From IMG/VR virus record IMGVR_UViG_3300017747_000864: a DNA stretch of 64,000 bases; one strand, written 5' to 3'. The notes under the pieces were generated by a model. It ran no database searches and had not been told where the DNA came from. It saw nothing but the letters and a program-made list of their open reading frames with translations. The position numbers and the translations under genes were made by a program. Origin of the DNA: an uncultured virus (IMG/VR IMGVR_UViG_3300017747_000864) (Duplodnaviria > Heunggongvirae > Uroviricota > Caudoviricetes). Below are positions 1-8,803 of this stretch, in pieces (within the stretch, counting starts at the first letter, position 1; every line of letters starts with the position of its first letter).

Positions 1-216
1 AATCTCATCCGCACGCTGTTGAGTGATCAACTGCTTGACGACAAAAGACTCAACCCCTTGAATCGTTCTAGGGTCTGTCGTTTCGATAGGGTTGTCAGCA
101 TTGTTGAACCTAAACAGCCATGCCTCAATATCAACATCAGTTTTTCCAGCGTTCAAAATGCTAATGAACTCTGGGTGCGTGAACCGGTCGATGAATTGCT
201 GTTTAGTGAGTTCCAT
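1..216 (-). CDS. Hypothetical protein, 3' end runs off the window
   Basis: Own translation from ATG 216: MELTKQQFIDRFTHPEF...RADEI, open to the edge; starts just after the stop of the upstream gene. Not in ORF track. Confidence 0.75.
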   Translation of the reverse strand, partial: MELTKQQFIDRFTHPEFISILNAGKTDVDIEAWLFRFNNADNPIETTDPRTIQGVESFVVKQLITQQRADEI

Positions 217-217
217 C

Positions 218-664
218 TTAAGCCAGAGTGAAGATCGCGCCGGGGCTGGCATTGGAGAACTTGACGGTAAAAGTCTCGCCGTCGTTAAGCGTCAGAGCGC
301 TGGGGTAGACCCACCAAGCCACCAGAGGGCCAGCGCCAGCGGTGATCGTCTTGGAAGAGTTGTACAGCACGGCATACTGGAACGGGCCAAACGAACCGCC
401 CGAGGCAGTAAATACCACCTGAGTTCCAGAGACAGTCGTGGTACCCGCCGTAGGTGTGTCCCCGGCCACCGTGATCGTCGTAGCCGTACCACCCGAAGGA
501 TAGCCGTTAGCGGCTGTGATCTCAGCGAGGTCGCCTTTTACAGCGTCGGCAGAGGCTGAAGGCGTGGTGTTAGACAGGTAAATCTTAAATACGTCCGTAT
601 CGAAATCGTGGACGCCAAGAGTAAGCTGCTCAGAGAAATCATCAAACTTATTATATGTGGCCAT
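218..664 (-). CDS. Putative virion structural protein, paralogous to 57143..57574
   Basis: 148 aa, T/A/G-rich; DFDTDVFKIYL...NGYPSGG resembles NFSSDTFKIAL...TGYTAGG. Confidence 0.65.
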   Translation of the reverse strand: MATYNKFDDFSEQLTLGVHDFDTDVFKIYLSNTTPSASADAVKGDLAEITAANGYPSGGTATTITVAGDTPTAGTTTVSGTQVVFTASGGSFGPFQYAVLYNSSKTITAGAGPLVAWWVYPSALTLNDGETFTVKFSNASPGAIFTLA

Positions 665-665
665 G

Positions 666-998
666 TCAGAACTCTTCTATTAGGGCAGTTACGGCCACTT
701 CAGCAGCCTCACTGAGGTTGATGATTAGCGCCCCGTCTACCGGGCCAGTGCAAAACTGCCGCTTACTTAGCGCATACACCCGGAACTTTTCTTCTGCGCC
801 GAGAAAGATTTTGATCAAAGGGGACGAACTTGCCCCCGGATCATTCAAAGCGTAGATCCACCGCAGGCGCAGGCGCTTGCCCGCCGCAGGGGTGTAGATA
901 GTCGTAGAGCCGGAAGCAGTGATAGTCGATACCACATGGGTAAAGTCATATTCACCGCTATCCAGCCCTTGGACGTAACTTACGCCGCTGACTGCCAC
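666..998 (-). CDS. Hypothetical (putative virion) protein
   Basis: 110 aa, tightly packed in structural operon. Confidence 0.7.
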   Translation of the reverse strand: MAVSGVSYVQGLDSGEYDFTHVVSTITASGSTTIYTPAAGKRLRLRWIYALNDPGASSSPLIKIFLGAEEKFRVYALSKRQFCTGPVDGALIINLSEAAEVAVTALIEEF

Positions 999-1001
999 TG
1001 T

Positions 1002-1520
1002 TTACCCCAACTTGGCTCGGAGAGACTCAAGTACGGATTCAGCAGCCTGACGCTTAGCCTCGACTTCAGCAAGAGCAGCTTCAGCCGCTTCTTGTTTAGC
1101 CTTGATCTCCGCATCACACGTAGCGACTTTTTCCGCAATACCTGATTCAACTGCGGCAAGTCTTGCTTCCGCTTCGGCAAGTTTTGCTTCCGTAGCCGCC
1201 AGAGCTTTCTTGCGTGTAGCCCCGGCTTCCGCAAGCTCTTGCTCACGCGCAGCAGTCAAACGAGCCGTTTCATCAATTACATCTTGACGAGCTTTGATGG
1301 CCTGCTCCATCTGACTATTCACTTCAGACAGACGCTTGTCTGCTTCTACGTAAGCATCCTTAATCTCTTGCTCCGTAGCGGCAAACTCTTCGCGCTTGGC
1401 TTCGACTGCCTTCTCAAGTTCGTTGCGCTGCTGCGACATCTCAATAACAGCAGGAATCGAGTCGAGGACAGGCTTCCAAGACGCCTCAAATTGCCGAAGG
1501 GCCCCAATGTCAATAGCCAT
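1002..1520 (-). CDS. Coiled-coil protein
   Basis: 172 aa, A/E/K heptad-rich; GGAGGT RBS upstream. Confidence 0.75.
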   Translation of the reverse strand: MAIDIGALRQFEASWKPVLDSIPAVIEMSQQRNELEKAVEAKREEFAATEQEIKDAYVEADKRLSEVNSQMEQAIKARQDVIDETARLTAAREQELAEAGATRKKALAATEAKLAEAEARLAAVESGIAEKVATCDAEIKAKQEAAEAALAEVEAKRQAAESVLESLRAKLG

Positions 1521-1522
1521 AA

Positions 1523-1861
1523 TTACCTCCCCGGCATGCCAGCTTGGATGACAGTCATCGTCGCCTGACCGCTAGTATATGGAGCAACCAAACTCAAACG
1601 AACAGCGCGAACTGGGTAGTTGTAGTTGCCATCCAGTGAAGTCGTTTTGGTCGTCAACCCAGCTTGGGAAAACCAGACAGCCGTAGACGGGTCAAACCCT
1701 GCGGCGTAAACATCGTCGTAGGTGTGCTCGACGGTATACGTCAGGTTCGCCCCGGCTGACAGTGCCACTGCGACACTGACATTAAACGGTGACTGATTGA
1801 TATCGAGAGGAATGGGGGCCGAAGCCCCCAGTCCCGTTAGTGCTGTACGGACTGGGCGCAT
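1523..1861 (-). CDS. Hypothetical virion protein (beta-rich)
   Basis: 112 aa, operonic downstream of capsid gene. Confidence 0.7.
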   Translation of the reverse strand: MRPVRTALTGLGASAPIPLDINQSPFNVSVAVALSAGANLTYTVEHTYDDVYAAGFDPSTAVWFSQAGLTTKTTSLDGNYNYPVRAVRLSLVAPYTSGQATMTVIQAGMPGR

Positions 1862-1874
1862 GCTACCCCCTTAC

Positions 1875-2354
1875 TCAGTTCTGGAAGGTAGTCGGGTTCT
1901 GAGCGCCAGTCGAATCGCGCTGGGCGTACGTCACCGTAACGATGAAACGTCCTTGCGTGGTGGCGAGCGTGCCGATGACGTTGCGAATAAACACCGTGGT
2001 GTCCGCAGTGGTGGAAGTCTGCCAAGCCAACTGCGTAGCCGCCGAAGCGGTGCCACGGAAGCGCCCACCAGCAGTGGTGGCAACACCAGCCATCAGTTCA
2101 GCGCCACCCGAAGTGGTGCCAACGGAGATCGTGAAGGTGGAGGTGGCGGTAGGAATCTGAACCTGATCCACCACAATGTCCATAATCTGCGAACCCTGCG
2201 GAATGACCAGCGCCGCCACATCGACGTTACCCGTACTGGCGACAACCGTGCCAGAGTCGTAGGACTGATTAAGCACAACCAAGCCAGTATTACGGCCTGC
2301 GCCATAACGAACGGTGCCAGAACGAACGGGGCCGGAGAAAGTAGCAAAACCCAT
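1875..2354 (-). CDS. Putative capsid decoration/minor virion protein
   Basis: Start moved to ATG 2354 (MGFATFSGPVRSG) with GAGGT RBS; directly follows MCP. Confidence 0.65.
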   Translation of the reverse strand: MGFATFSGPVRSGTVRYGAGRNTGLVVLNQSYDSGTVVASTGNVDVAALVIPQGSQIMDIVVDQVQIPTATSTFTISVGTTSGGAELMAGVATTAGGRFRGTASAATQLAWQTSTTADTTVFIRNVIGTLATTQGRFIVTVTYAQRDSTGAQNPTTFQN

Positions 2355-2454
2355 TTTATATACCTCAGTTATGTCTACCGTTTGAGGAAAATCTGCCAAG
2401 CCAGTCGGTAGAAAAACAATGATCTTGGATACGCAGAAACTAACACACCAGACA

Positions 2455-2485
2455 ATAAAAGAGAAGGGGGCCGAAGCCCCCTCCC
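2455..2485 (-). terminator. Rho-independent terminator after major capsid gene
   Basis: Minus strand AGGGGGC-TTCG-GCCCCCT hairpin followed by TCTCTTTTATT. Confidence 0.75.
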
Positions 2486-2500
2486 TGCAACCCTAAAGCC

Positions 2501-3409
2501 TTAGGCTCCGGGGGAAGCGAACATACCGAGCGGATCCGACCAACCGAACGAATAACGCTCACGGGCCTTGTAACGCACGTTGCCAGTATCGAAATCACCG
2601 TCCATTCCGGTACTCATCGGGGTACGAACAAAGTGCTTCAGACCGTTGGGAACGTCCGTGGTCAGGAACCAAGCATTGTTGTCGGTCAAGAAGTGGTTCA
2701 CGGTGTAGCCACCGGGGATCGAACCGTTGTTCTTCAGGGCGTTGATATCGTTGTCAGTGGTACCGACACGGAGTTCGGTTTCCAGCAGACGGGTAGCAAC
2801 GAACTGGAGAGCGGGCGGAACAATCAGCTTCTTGGGCTTAGCGGCGATCAGCAGACCACGCTCATCCGTCCATGCAGCGATCTGAATAACAGCAGCCTCA
2901 AGCGAGGTCTCATTCAGATCGGCAGCAGTCGTCGGGCGATTGCTGTTGGTTTCACCGTTAACCAGCGGGTGAGCCGTCGAGAACAGAGCAACGCCGTCAC
3001 CGCCCGGAACTACAGCGGAGAAACCGTTGTTCAGAACCGAGGCAGCTTTGACCTGCTTGGTGTACGCCATGGCACGAGCCAGAGCTTTGGTGTAACGAGC
3101 AGACAGGCTGTCGTACAGGTTGTCCTCGATGGCCTCTTCGGTCAGCGAGAAACCCAGAGCAATGGTTTCGTGGTTGTAGCGAGCAGTCCAAGCCTCTTGC
3201 GCGTTATCGTAGGCAATCGCGCTGCCTTCGTTCTTCACCGGAGCGGCGGAGAATCCAGACAGTTTGGTTTCCTCTTCAAACGAACGCTCGGAGGTCTCGG
3301 TCTCATAAATCTCCTTATGCTCTTCGCCGTAGCGTGAGTATTCCAGACCGAACAGAGCGTTCAGACCGGGCAGGAGTTCCTTAAGCAGTTGTGCGCGTGA
3401 AATAGCCAT
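2501..3409 (-). CDS. Major capsid protein (HK97 fold, Mu gpT-like family)
   Basis: 302 aa; MAISRAQLLKELLPGLNALFG N-terminus, PKKLIVPPAL, GDFDTGNVRYKARERYSFGWSD; downstream of scaffold; terminator follows. Confidence 0.9.
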   Translation of the reverse strand: MAISRAQLLKELLPGLNALFGLEYSRYGEEHKEIYETETSERSFEEETKLSGFSAAPVKNEGSAIAYDNAQEAWTARYNHETIALGFSLTEEAIEDNLYDSLSARYTKALARAMAYTKQVKAASVLNNGFSAVVPGGDGVALFSTAHPLVNGETNSNRPTTAADLNETSLEAAVIQIAAWTDERGLLIAAKPKKLIVPPALQFVATRLLETELRVGTTDNDINALKNNGSIPGGYTVNHFLTDNNAWFLTTDVPNGLKHFVRTPMSTGMDGDFDTGNVRYKARERYSFGWSDPLGMFASPGA

Positions 3410-3422
3410 GTTAAGTCACCCC

Positions 3423-4232
3423 TTAGGCCACGTAGTAACGATGGGCACCGAAGGTGATCTTGACGAGCACTTCGGGAGATTGAACAAGAATCAGCGTGCC
3501 GGACGCAGTGGTCGAAGCGGCCATCGTCAGGGTCTGCGAAGTAGCAGACGAAACGGTAGCAGCAGTGCCCACAACGCCAATCCACTCAGGCTGACCAGTT
3601 GCAGCGACCAGTTGGAACATATCAGTACCAACGGGGATCACTTGACCCACGGTCAGGCCAGACACAGCGATAGACGTTGAGCCGGTGCCCGAAACATAGG
3701 TGCAACCAGTGGTCACTTGCGTATCCGGAACAAGGCCCAGAACACGGAAGTTGCCAGTGGTCGCGGTAGCAGCAACCACACCGCCAGCCGAGTTACCCGT
3801 CGTGGCAGAGCCAGTCGAGGTGTTGCCAGCCATGTTCGCACCAACCAGAAGCTGGGTGCCAGAAGCAGTGGTGGCGGTACCAGCAGCGGTTACAACGGCG
3901 CACTTGAACACCGTATCGGGATCATCACACACGATGGCTTTGATATCGCCAGCGGTGACGTTACCGGGGTAATACTGCGAGAAGCGCTTTTGCTTGCTCA
4001 CCGGATCGGTATACGAGCAACCAAGGAACACGCCAACCGCCGCATTGCCGGTAATGGTGTTAGCCAGAATGGTGATAAATCCGCTCGAAAGCTGGACGAA
4101 ATCACCGTAATAGATGGCCGTGCCATAGTTGTAGTCAATCGCGTATTCGCGGGTAGAACCCGAGAACACTTGCCCGCCAATCAGGTTGACAGGCCGGAAC
4201 CCATAGGGTGCCGAAACAGTCGGGTAGGACAT
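3423..4232 (-). CDS. Putative capsid-associated (decoration/cement) protein
   Basis: 269 aa; APYGFRPV..., GVFLGCSYTDP; immediately upstream of MCP. Confidence 0.65.
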   Translation of the reverse strand: MSYPTVSAPYGFRPVNLIGGQVFSGSTREYAIDYNYGTAIYYGDFVQLSSGFITILANTITGNAAVGVFLGCSYTDPVSKQKRFSQYYPGNVTAGDIKAIVCDDPDTVFKCAVVTAAGTATTASGTQLLVGANMAGNTSTGSATTGNSAGGVVAATATTGNFRVLGLVPDTQVTTGCTYVSGTGSTSIAVSGLTVGQVIPVGTDMFQLVAATGQPEWIGVVGTAATVSSATSQTLTMAASTTASGTLILVQSPEVLVKITFGAHRYYVA

Positions 4233-4251
4233 TTAAAACTCCTAAAATTAA

Positions 4252-4698
4252 TTAGACGCCCTTACCGAAAGAAGTCCCCGATTTGCGCTCCTTAAAGAGC
4301 GGCATGCGCGGGTCGTTCTGACGCATAAGGTTGTTATCAACGGCTTCCGTTTGAGCGTTGGTTTGCTTGGCAATGTATTCATTGCGTTGCGCGACAAACT
4401 CAGTCGGCGTTTTGCACAGCAGGAGACCACCGATCTCGATGTTGTCCTTAAACCGCGATTGCGGGTCAGTCAACAAACGAAACTTAGGCTGCTCTTCGAC
4501 AGGTACCGGCTCCCACCCTTCCCGGAGTTTGCCCGAGAGATTGCGGGGATCAGGAGAGTTCAACGTAGAAACACGCACCCAGTGATAATCATATCCGGGC
4601 TGTTTGTCAGGCTCGGGCAGAAGTTCAGGCGGCATCCACTGTTTAGGACGCGACTGGATCTCACGGGTTTCGAGTTCACGGGTAAGTCGTTCAGCCAT
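4252..4698 (-). CDS. Conserved head-module hypothetical protein
   Basis: 148 aa; W.PPELLP, REGWEPV, IGGLLLCK motifs; between scaffold and capsid. Confidence 0.75.
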   Translation of the reverse strand: MAERLTRELETREIQSRPKQWMPPELLPEPDKQPGYDYHWVRVSTLNSPDPRNLSGKLREGWEPVPVEEQPKFRLLTDPQSRFKDNIEIGGLLLCKTPTEFVAQRNEYIAKQTNAQTEAVDNNLMRQNDPRMPLFKERKSGTSFGKGV

Positions 4699-5638
4699 TT
4701 CGGGACTCCAATTTCAATGCCTCTTTGGCATATTGCTCAGGTGTAAGGCCCAGTTTCTTTGCCAACTGGACTTGGCTGGCCTTCAGTCGAATCTTGTTTG
4801 AAGATGTACTGCGGACAGCGGGGGCTACAACTGTCGATGCCTTAGGCTTAACGGGCTCCTCTGCCTCAAAGGCTTCGGGAAACCGTTTACGCATTGTTTT
4901 GTCCAATGTGCGGTAATAATCCTCAGACCCAACTTCTACGCCGTTTTCTCGTAGTTCTTCGTGCAACCCGAGAGCGTAGGCTGTCATTCCTCTGTGCTTA
5001 CCGAACCATTCATTGCGCTCTTGCCACGCCAATGCTTTGGTATCAGGTTTAGGCACATCAGAAACAGCGGGTGCTGATTCTTGACGCTTTTGTACCGGAA
5101 CTTCTTCCTCTTGTAAAGAGGGCATCTTGAAGTTTTTAACCTGAATAAGTTTCAGGTTAGCTTCCTGAAGCGCCTGCTGAGCTTCAACCAACTTGTCAGT
5201 ATCACCTGCATCATAGGCTTCCCTATATGCACGTTTAGCCGCCTCAAGCTCCAGATTAGCGGCATTCTGAGCGGTGGCGACATACTCCTTTTCGCCCGTA
5301 GTCAGAATCTCTTTAATCCGCTTATTCTCATCAAGGAGTTTTTTAGCGAACGTCAAGGCTTCCTGCTGCTCGCGCAAAGCGGCTTCTTTCTCCCGACGCT
5401 CATCGTGCCAAACCTTACGCATCTGCTTAAGGCGGGATTTGACGTTATCGTCGTAAGACTCAAGTTCGTCCTGCTCAAGTTCCTGCACCAACTCCTTGGG
5501 CATGGGCGTGCGGCCACGATCTTCTGTGGGCGTATCGTCCTCCATCTCGATCTCTACCTCAGGCGTGCCTTTGGCTTCGGTCTCGGCCTGATTGGCTTCG
5601 TCAGGGAACTTGAACTCTTCTTGTTCAAATGGAGGCAT
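4691..5638 (-). CDS. Putative capsid scaffolding protein
   Basis: 315 aa acidic coiled-coil; C-terminal LAKKLGLTPEQYAK; position between portal and MCP. Confidence 0.75.
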   Translation of the reverse strand: MPPFEQEEFKFPDEANQAETEAKGTPEVEIEMEDDTPTEDRGRTPMPKELVQELEQDELESYDDNVKSRLKQMRKVWHDERREKEAALREQQEALTFAKKLLDENKRIKEILTTGEKEYVATAQNAANLELEAAKRAYREAYDAGDTDKLVEAQQALQEANLKLIQVKNFKMPSLQEEEVPVQKRQESAPAVSDVPKPDTKALAWQERNEWFGKHRGMTAYALGLHEELRENGVEVGSEDYYRTLDKTMRKRFPEAFEAEEPVKPKASTVVAPAVRSTSSNKIRLKASQVQLAKKLGLTPEQYAKEALKLESRNG

Positions 5639-5650
5639 CTTGTACTCCTC

Positions 5651-6076
5651 TTATTTGCGTTTAATGCCACGGGGATCTTCAACAACCCCCTCGACTGAAT
5701 CATCATTGATGATTCGGAACTCCCGACCATGGATGACTAGTCGGGTGCCTGCGTGCGGGCGCACAAGGACAAAATCGCCCTTTTTGCACCAAGCCCCAGT
5801 GGGGAACTTGCTTTCGTCCTTATAGCAATCAGGCCCAAGATCCACCACGAAAAGAACCGTAGTAAGGAGTTCTTCGTTGCGGAGAGTCAGGTCGGCTTTA
5901 ATAAGTCCTACTTCGCTGTCCTCAAACTCCTTATCTGCCTCTGGAATCGCACACAGAATGCGATACCCCGTCGGCTTAGGGAGTTGTCGGGCTTTTTCTT
6001 CAGCAGAGGCACTTGGGCGATAAGCGCCCACTACTTGCGGATTGCCGGGGTTTGTAGCCAGCAAAATATCAGTCAT
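5651..6076 (-). CDS. groES: Phage co-chaperonin GroES (Cpn10 family)
   Basis: PTGYRIL...GLI...VVDLGP...KGDFVL...GT...GREFRIINDDSVEGVV matches the Cpn10 pattern. Confidence 0.8.
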   Translation of the reverse strand: MTDILLATNPGNPQVVGAYRPSASAEEKARQLPKPTGYRILCAIPEADKEFEDSEVGLIKADLTLRNEELLTTVLFVVDLGPDCYKDESKFPTGAWCKKGDFVLVRPHAGTRLVIHGREFRIINDDSVEGVVEDPRGIKRK

Positions 6077-6257
6077 CCATGTTCTCCATAGCGGATTTAA
6101 GGTCTAAGGCATAACCCCTTGCAGTGAGTAGACCCCGAATCTCACCACAAAGTCTTTTGTATTCCTCAAAACTGGCGGCTTTGCCTTCCGCCAGATGTTC
6201 TTTCAGTTGACCAACCTTTTCATCAATCTGCGGGATTAAGGCTTCAAGCTCAGTCAT
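6069..6257 (-). CDS. Small hypothetical protein
   Basis: 62 aa, overlapping start/stop codons with portal and groES. Confidence 0.75.
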   Translation of the reverse strand: MTELEALIPQIDEKVGQLKEHLAEGKAASFEEYKRLCGEIRGLLTARGYALDLKSAMENMDD

Positions 6258-8782
6258 TTACGTTCCTTGGGGCTAGGTACAGCTTGTTGAGCCTTGGCCT
6301 GCATAGCAGCATGCCGCTCCTGCAACTCCCGCAGTTTCGCTTCCTGATGTTGGCTAGACATATGTTTGAGTACATCCAGACCCATATCCATCATCGAGGC
6401 GCTCTTATCGTTCGACATTTGCGCGGCGGTCTTTAACATATCCGTCTGAATCCGCTTAGCTTCAGTTTGCTGCTGTGCAGCAATCCGCTCACGTTCAACC
6501 TGAATTTGCTGCTGTTTAAGCTGAGCGTCCTGCTGATCTTTGGCTGCTTTGCGCTGCTGATCCTGCGCCTTGATCTGAAGTTCCTGCATCTGCATCTGAA
6601 CCAGCGGATCTTGGGCTTGCTGTTGAGCCTTCTGTTGAGCAACCTGCTGTTGATTCTGCTGAAGCAACCGTTGCGAAGCCTGTGCAAGAAGCGGAGCCAG
6701 TTTGGCTTCAACTTCAGGCTGAAGATGAATATCTTCGCCAGCTTCGTCTTTCTGAGGCGGCAGGGAGAAGCCCAACTGCTGCTCTATCTGCTTGCGGTAC
6801 TCAAACCCAAGGTGCTCATTAATATGAGCCATCATCGCAGAGGCCAACTGCTGAGCCATTGGGTTGCCTTGCAGCAACTGCTGAATCTTCGGATCCTGCA
6901 TCGCAGACATATGCACCATGATGTGTGCCTGATGGTCTTGATAAGCGAACGCCTTGACTGGCTTCATCATCAGCACGTTTTGATTCTCAGACACCGGATC
7001 CATCGGCTTCTGGTCCTCATCCATCGGGACTAGTTTGCTAGCTTCTTTAACCCCAAGAACGTCCAGCATCTGCCTATGGAGCAGGGGCATGTTGTACAAC
7101 TGCGGCGAGCCTTGGGCCAACTGCATCACAGCCTGATACTGAACAATCTTCTGCGCCATGGTGGACGCATTCGGATCACTCACCGGGATGACATCAACGT
7201 CGTCGTAGTCGGACTTCTTGGCCTTGCGGTCCCCCTCGTCCGGGTCATACGAATACTCATCAGGGGTGTAATCCCTAATGATGTCCCGCAGCAGCACCAA
7301 CTCCTGCTTCATTGAATAGTGGATGCGGGCCTGAACAGCGCTCATCGTCTTGAGAGTGCGCTCAAGAATCGCCAGCGTCGTCCCGACGGGGGCTTGTGCC
7401 GACATATCACTAATCTGGAGATCCGCCGTATTCGCAAACCGGCGTCCCTCCTCAATGATCTTGTCCATCAGCCCAGCCAGCGTCTGGCTCGGCTCTTTAT
7501 AAGGAAGCGGCAGCAGATTATCGCGGATGGTGCCACTAGGCACATCTACATCTCGCCATTCTCCGGGGCTGATCGGAGTGTCATCACCCTTGACCCGCAT
7601 ACCACGGGCTTTGAAACCACCGGGCAGATTAGCCAACGTGCCTGCATCGACCAACTGACGAAGCAGTGAAGTCGAAGACTTGGCGTACGCGCCAATCAAA
7701 TGGATCAGACCAAAGCAATAGAACCCAAAGCCGGGGATATAGCCGTAGTGAACCAAGTGATTACGCTTGGCGTAAGTCTCATCCTCCGGTTGCCAATTGC
7801 GACGGATCGCCAGCACCTTGGCTGAGCCTTTCTCCAACGTGACGATATACGGCAGCTTGATGCCATCCTCGTCCTCATGCCCCGGCAGGTCCAACTCAAC
7901 CTGAATCTCCAGCAGCTTGTAGCGCTCATCGGAAGTAGCCCGAAAGCCCAGCCGCTCGGCAATCTTCTTCTCTACTTCGTCCAGCGTGTTGTTAGGGTCA
8001 CCCAGTTCAATGTCCCGGTAGAACCCAGCAACCTGAAGCCTGCGTAGCTCGTTCTCGGTCTTACGCATCACGTGAGTAATACGTGGAGCAGACGCCAAGT
8101 CACTCGCGCCATAGGGCACTACGATATCTTCAGCAGGCACATACATCGCCACCTGACGCTGCAAGTGCGGGTCGTAGTACACCTTCTTGAACGCATTACC
8201 CGCCAGCCCCAGACCCCACAGCATGCGCTCATGCTCGGGCCGGTACTCAGTCATGATGTCGGTCAACTGATGGTTCATGTCCTCTTGGACACGCTCAGCG
8301 GACTCTTTCTTAGCTGGAGTCTCTCGCCCAATGACCTTGGTCTTGACCGGCCCCGCAGCGGGGAAGGTACTCATCATTGTCTCGGACTGGAACTTCACCA
8401 GCGCCTCAGTCAGCATGGGGTGGTACACCCCACACGCGCCCTCCCACGGCTCGGAGCGCTCCTCCAGTTTCAAGCCCAGCAACTCCAACCCATCAACATA
8501 CGTCTGCATCCAATCCCGTCGGCTGGATACGTCGTCATTGAAGTCACTGATTAGTTCCGCAGCGAGGGACTCCAACTCACCCTCATCCATATCCTCTGCG
8601 AGGTTGGCGTTGAACTCATCGTCTCCTTCGGCATCTGGAGTCAGGCTAATCTCCAGATCACCTATCATGATATCGACCGAGTCGGGGTTCTCGATCTCAA
8701 TCTCAATAGGAGGGGCCATATCTGCCATAGCAGCGACACCCTCAGGAGCGGCGTACAGCGCCTTATCAATATTAGTTGCCAT
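6254..8782 (-). CDS. Portal protein (P22-like)
   Basis: 842 aa directly downstream of TerL; Q-rich C-terminal helical barrel typical of P22-type portals. Confidence 0.85.
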   Translation of the reverse strand: MATNIDKALYAAPEGVAAMADMAPPIEIEIENPDSVDIMIGDLEISLTPDAEGDDEFNANLAEDMDEGELESLAAELISDFNDDVSSRRDWMQTYVDGLELLGLKLEERSEPWEGACGVYHPMLTEALVKFQSETMMSTFPAAGPVKTKVIGRETPAKKESAERVQEDMNHQLTDIMTEYRPEHERMLWGLGLAGNAFKKVYYDPHLQRQVAMYVPAEDIVVPYGASDLASAPRITHVMRKTENELRRLQVAGFYRDIELGDPNNTLDEVEKKIAERLGFRATSDERYKLLEIQVELDLPGHEDEDGIKLPYIVTLEKGSAKVLAIRRNWQPEDETYAKRNHLVHYGYIPGFGFYCFGLIHLIGAYAKSSTSLLRQLVDAGTLANLPGGFKARGMRVKGDDTPISPGEWRDVDVPSGTIRDNLLPLPYKEPSQTLAGLMDKIIEEGRRFANTADLQISDMSAQAPVGTTLAILERTLKTMSAVQARIHYSMKQELVLLRDIIRDYTPDEYSYDPDEGDRKAKKSDYDDVDVIPVSDPNASTMAQKIVQYQAVMQLAQGSPQLYNMPLLHRQMLDVLGVKEASKLVPMDEDQKPMDPVSENQNVLMMKPVKAFAYQDHQAHIMVHMSAMQDPKIQQLLQGNPMAQQLASAMMAHINEHLGFEYRKQIEQQLGFSLPPQKDEAGEDIHLQPEVEAKLAPLLAQASQRLLQQNQQQVAQQKAQQQAQDPLVQMQMQELQIKAQDQQRKAAKDQQDAQLKQQQIQVERERIAAQQQTEAKRIQTDMLKTAAQMSNDKSASMMDMGLDVLKHMSSQHQEAKLRELQERHAAMQAKAQQAVPSPKERK

Positions 8783-8803
8783 GGTCAGCCTTTGCAGTAA
8801 CCT

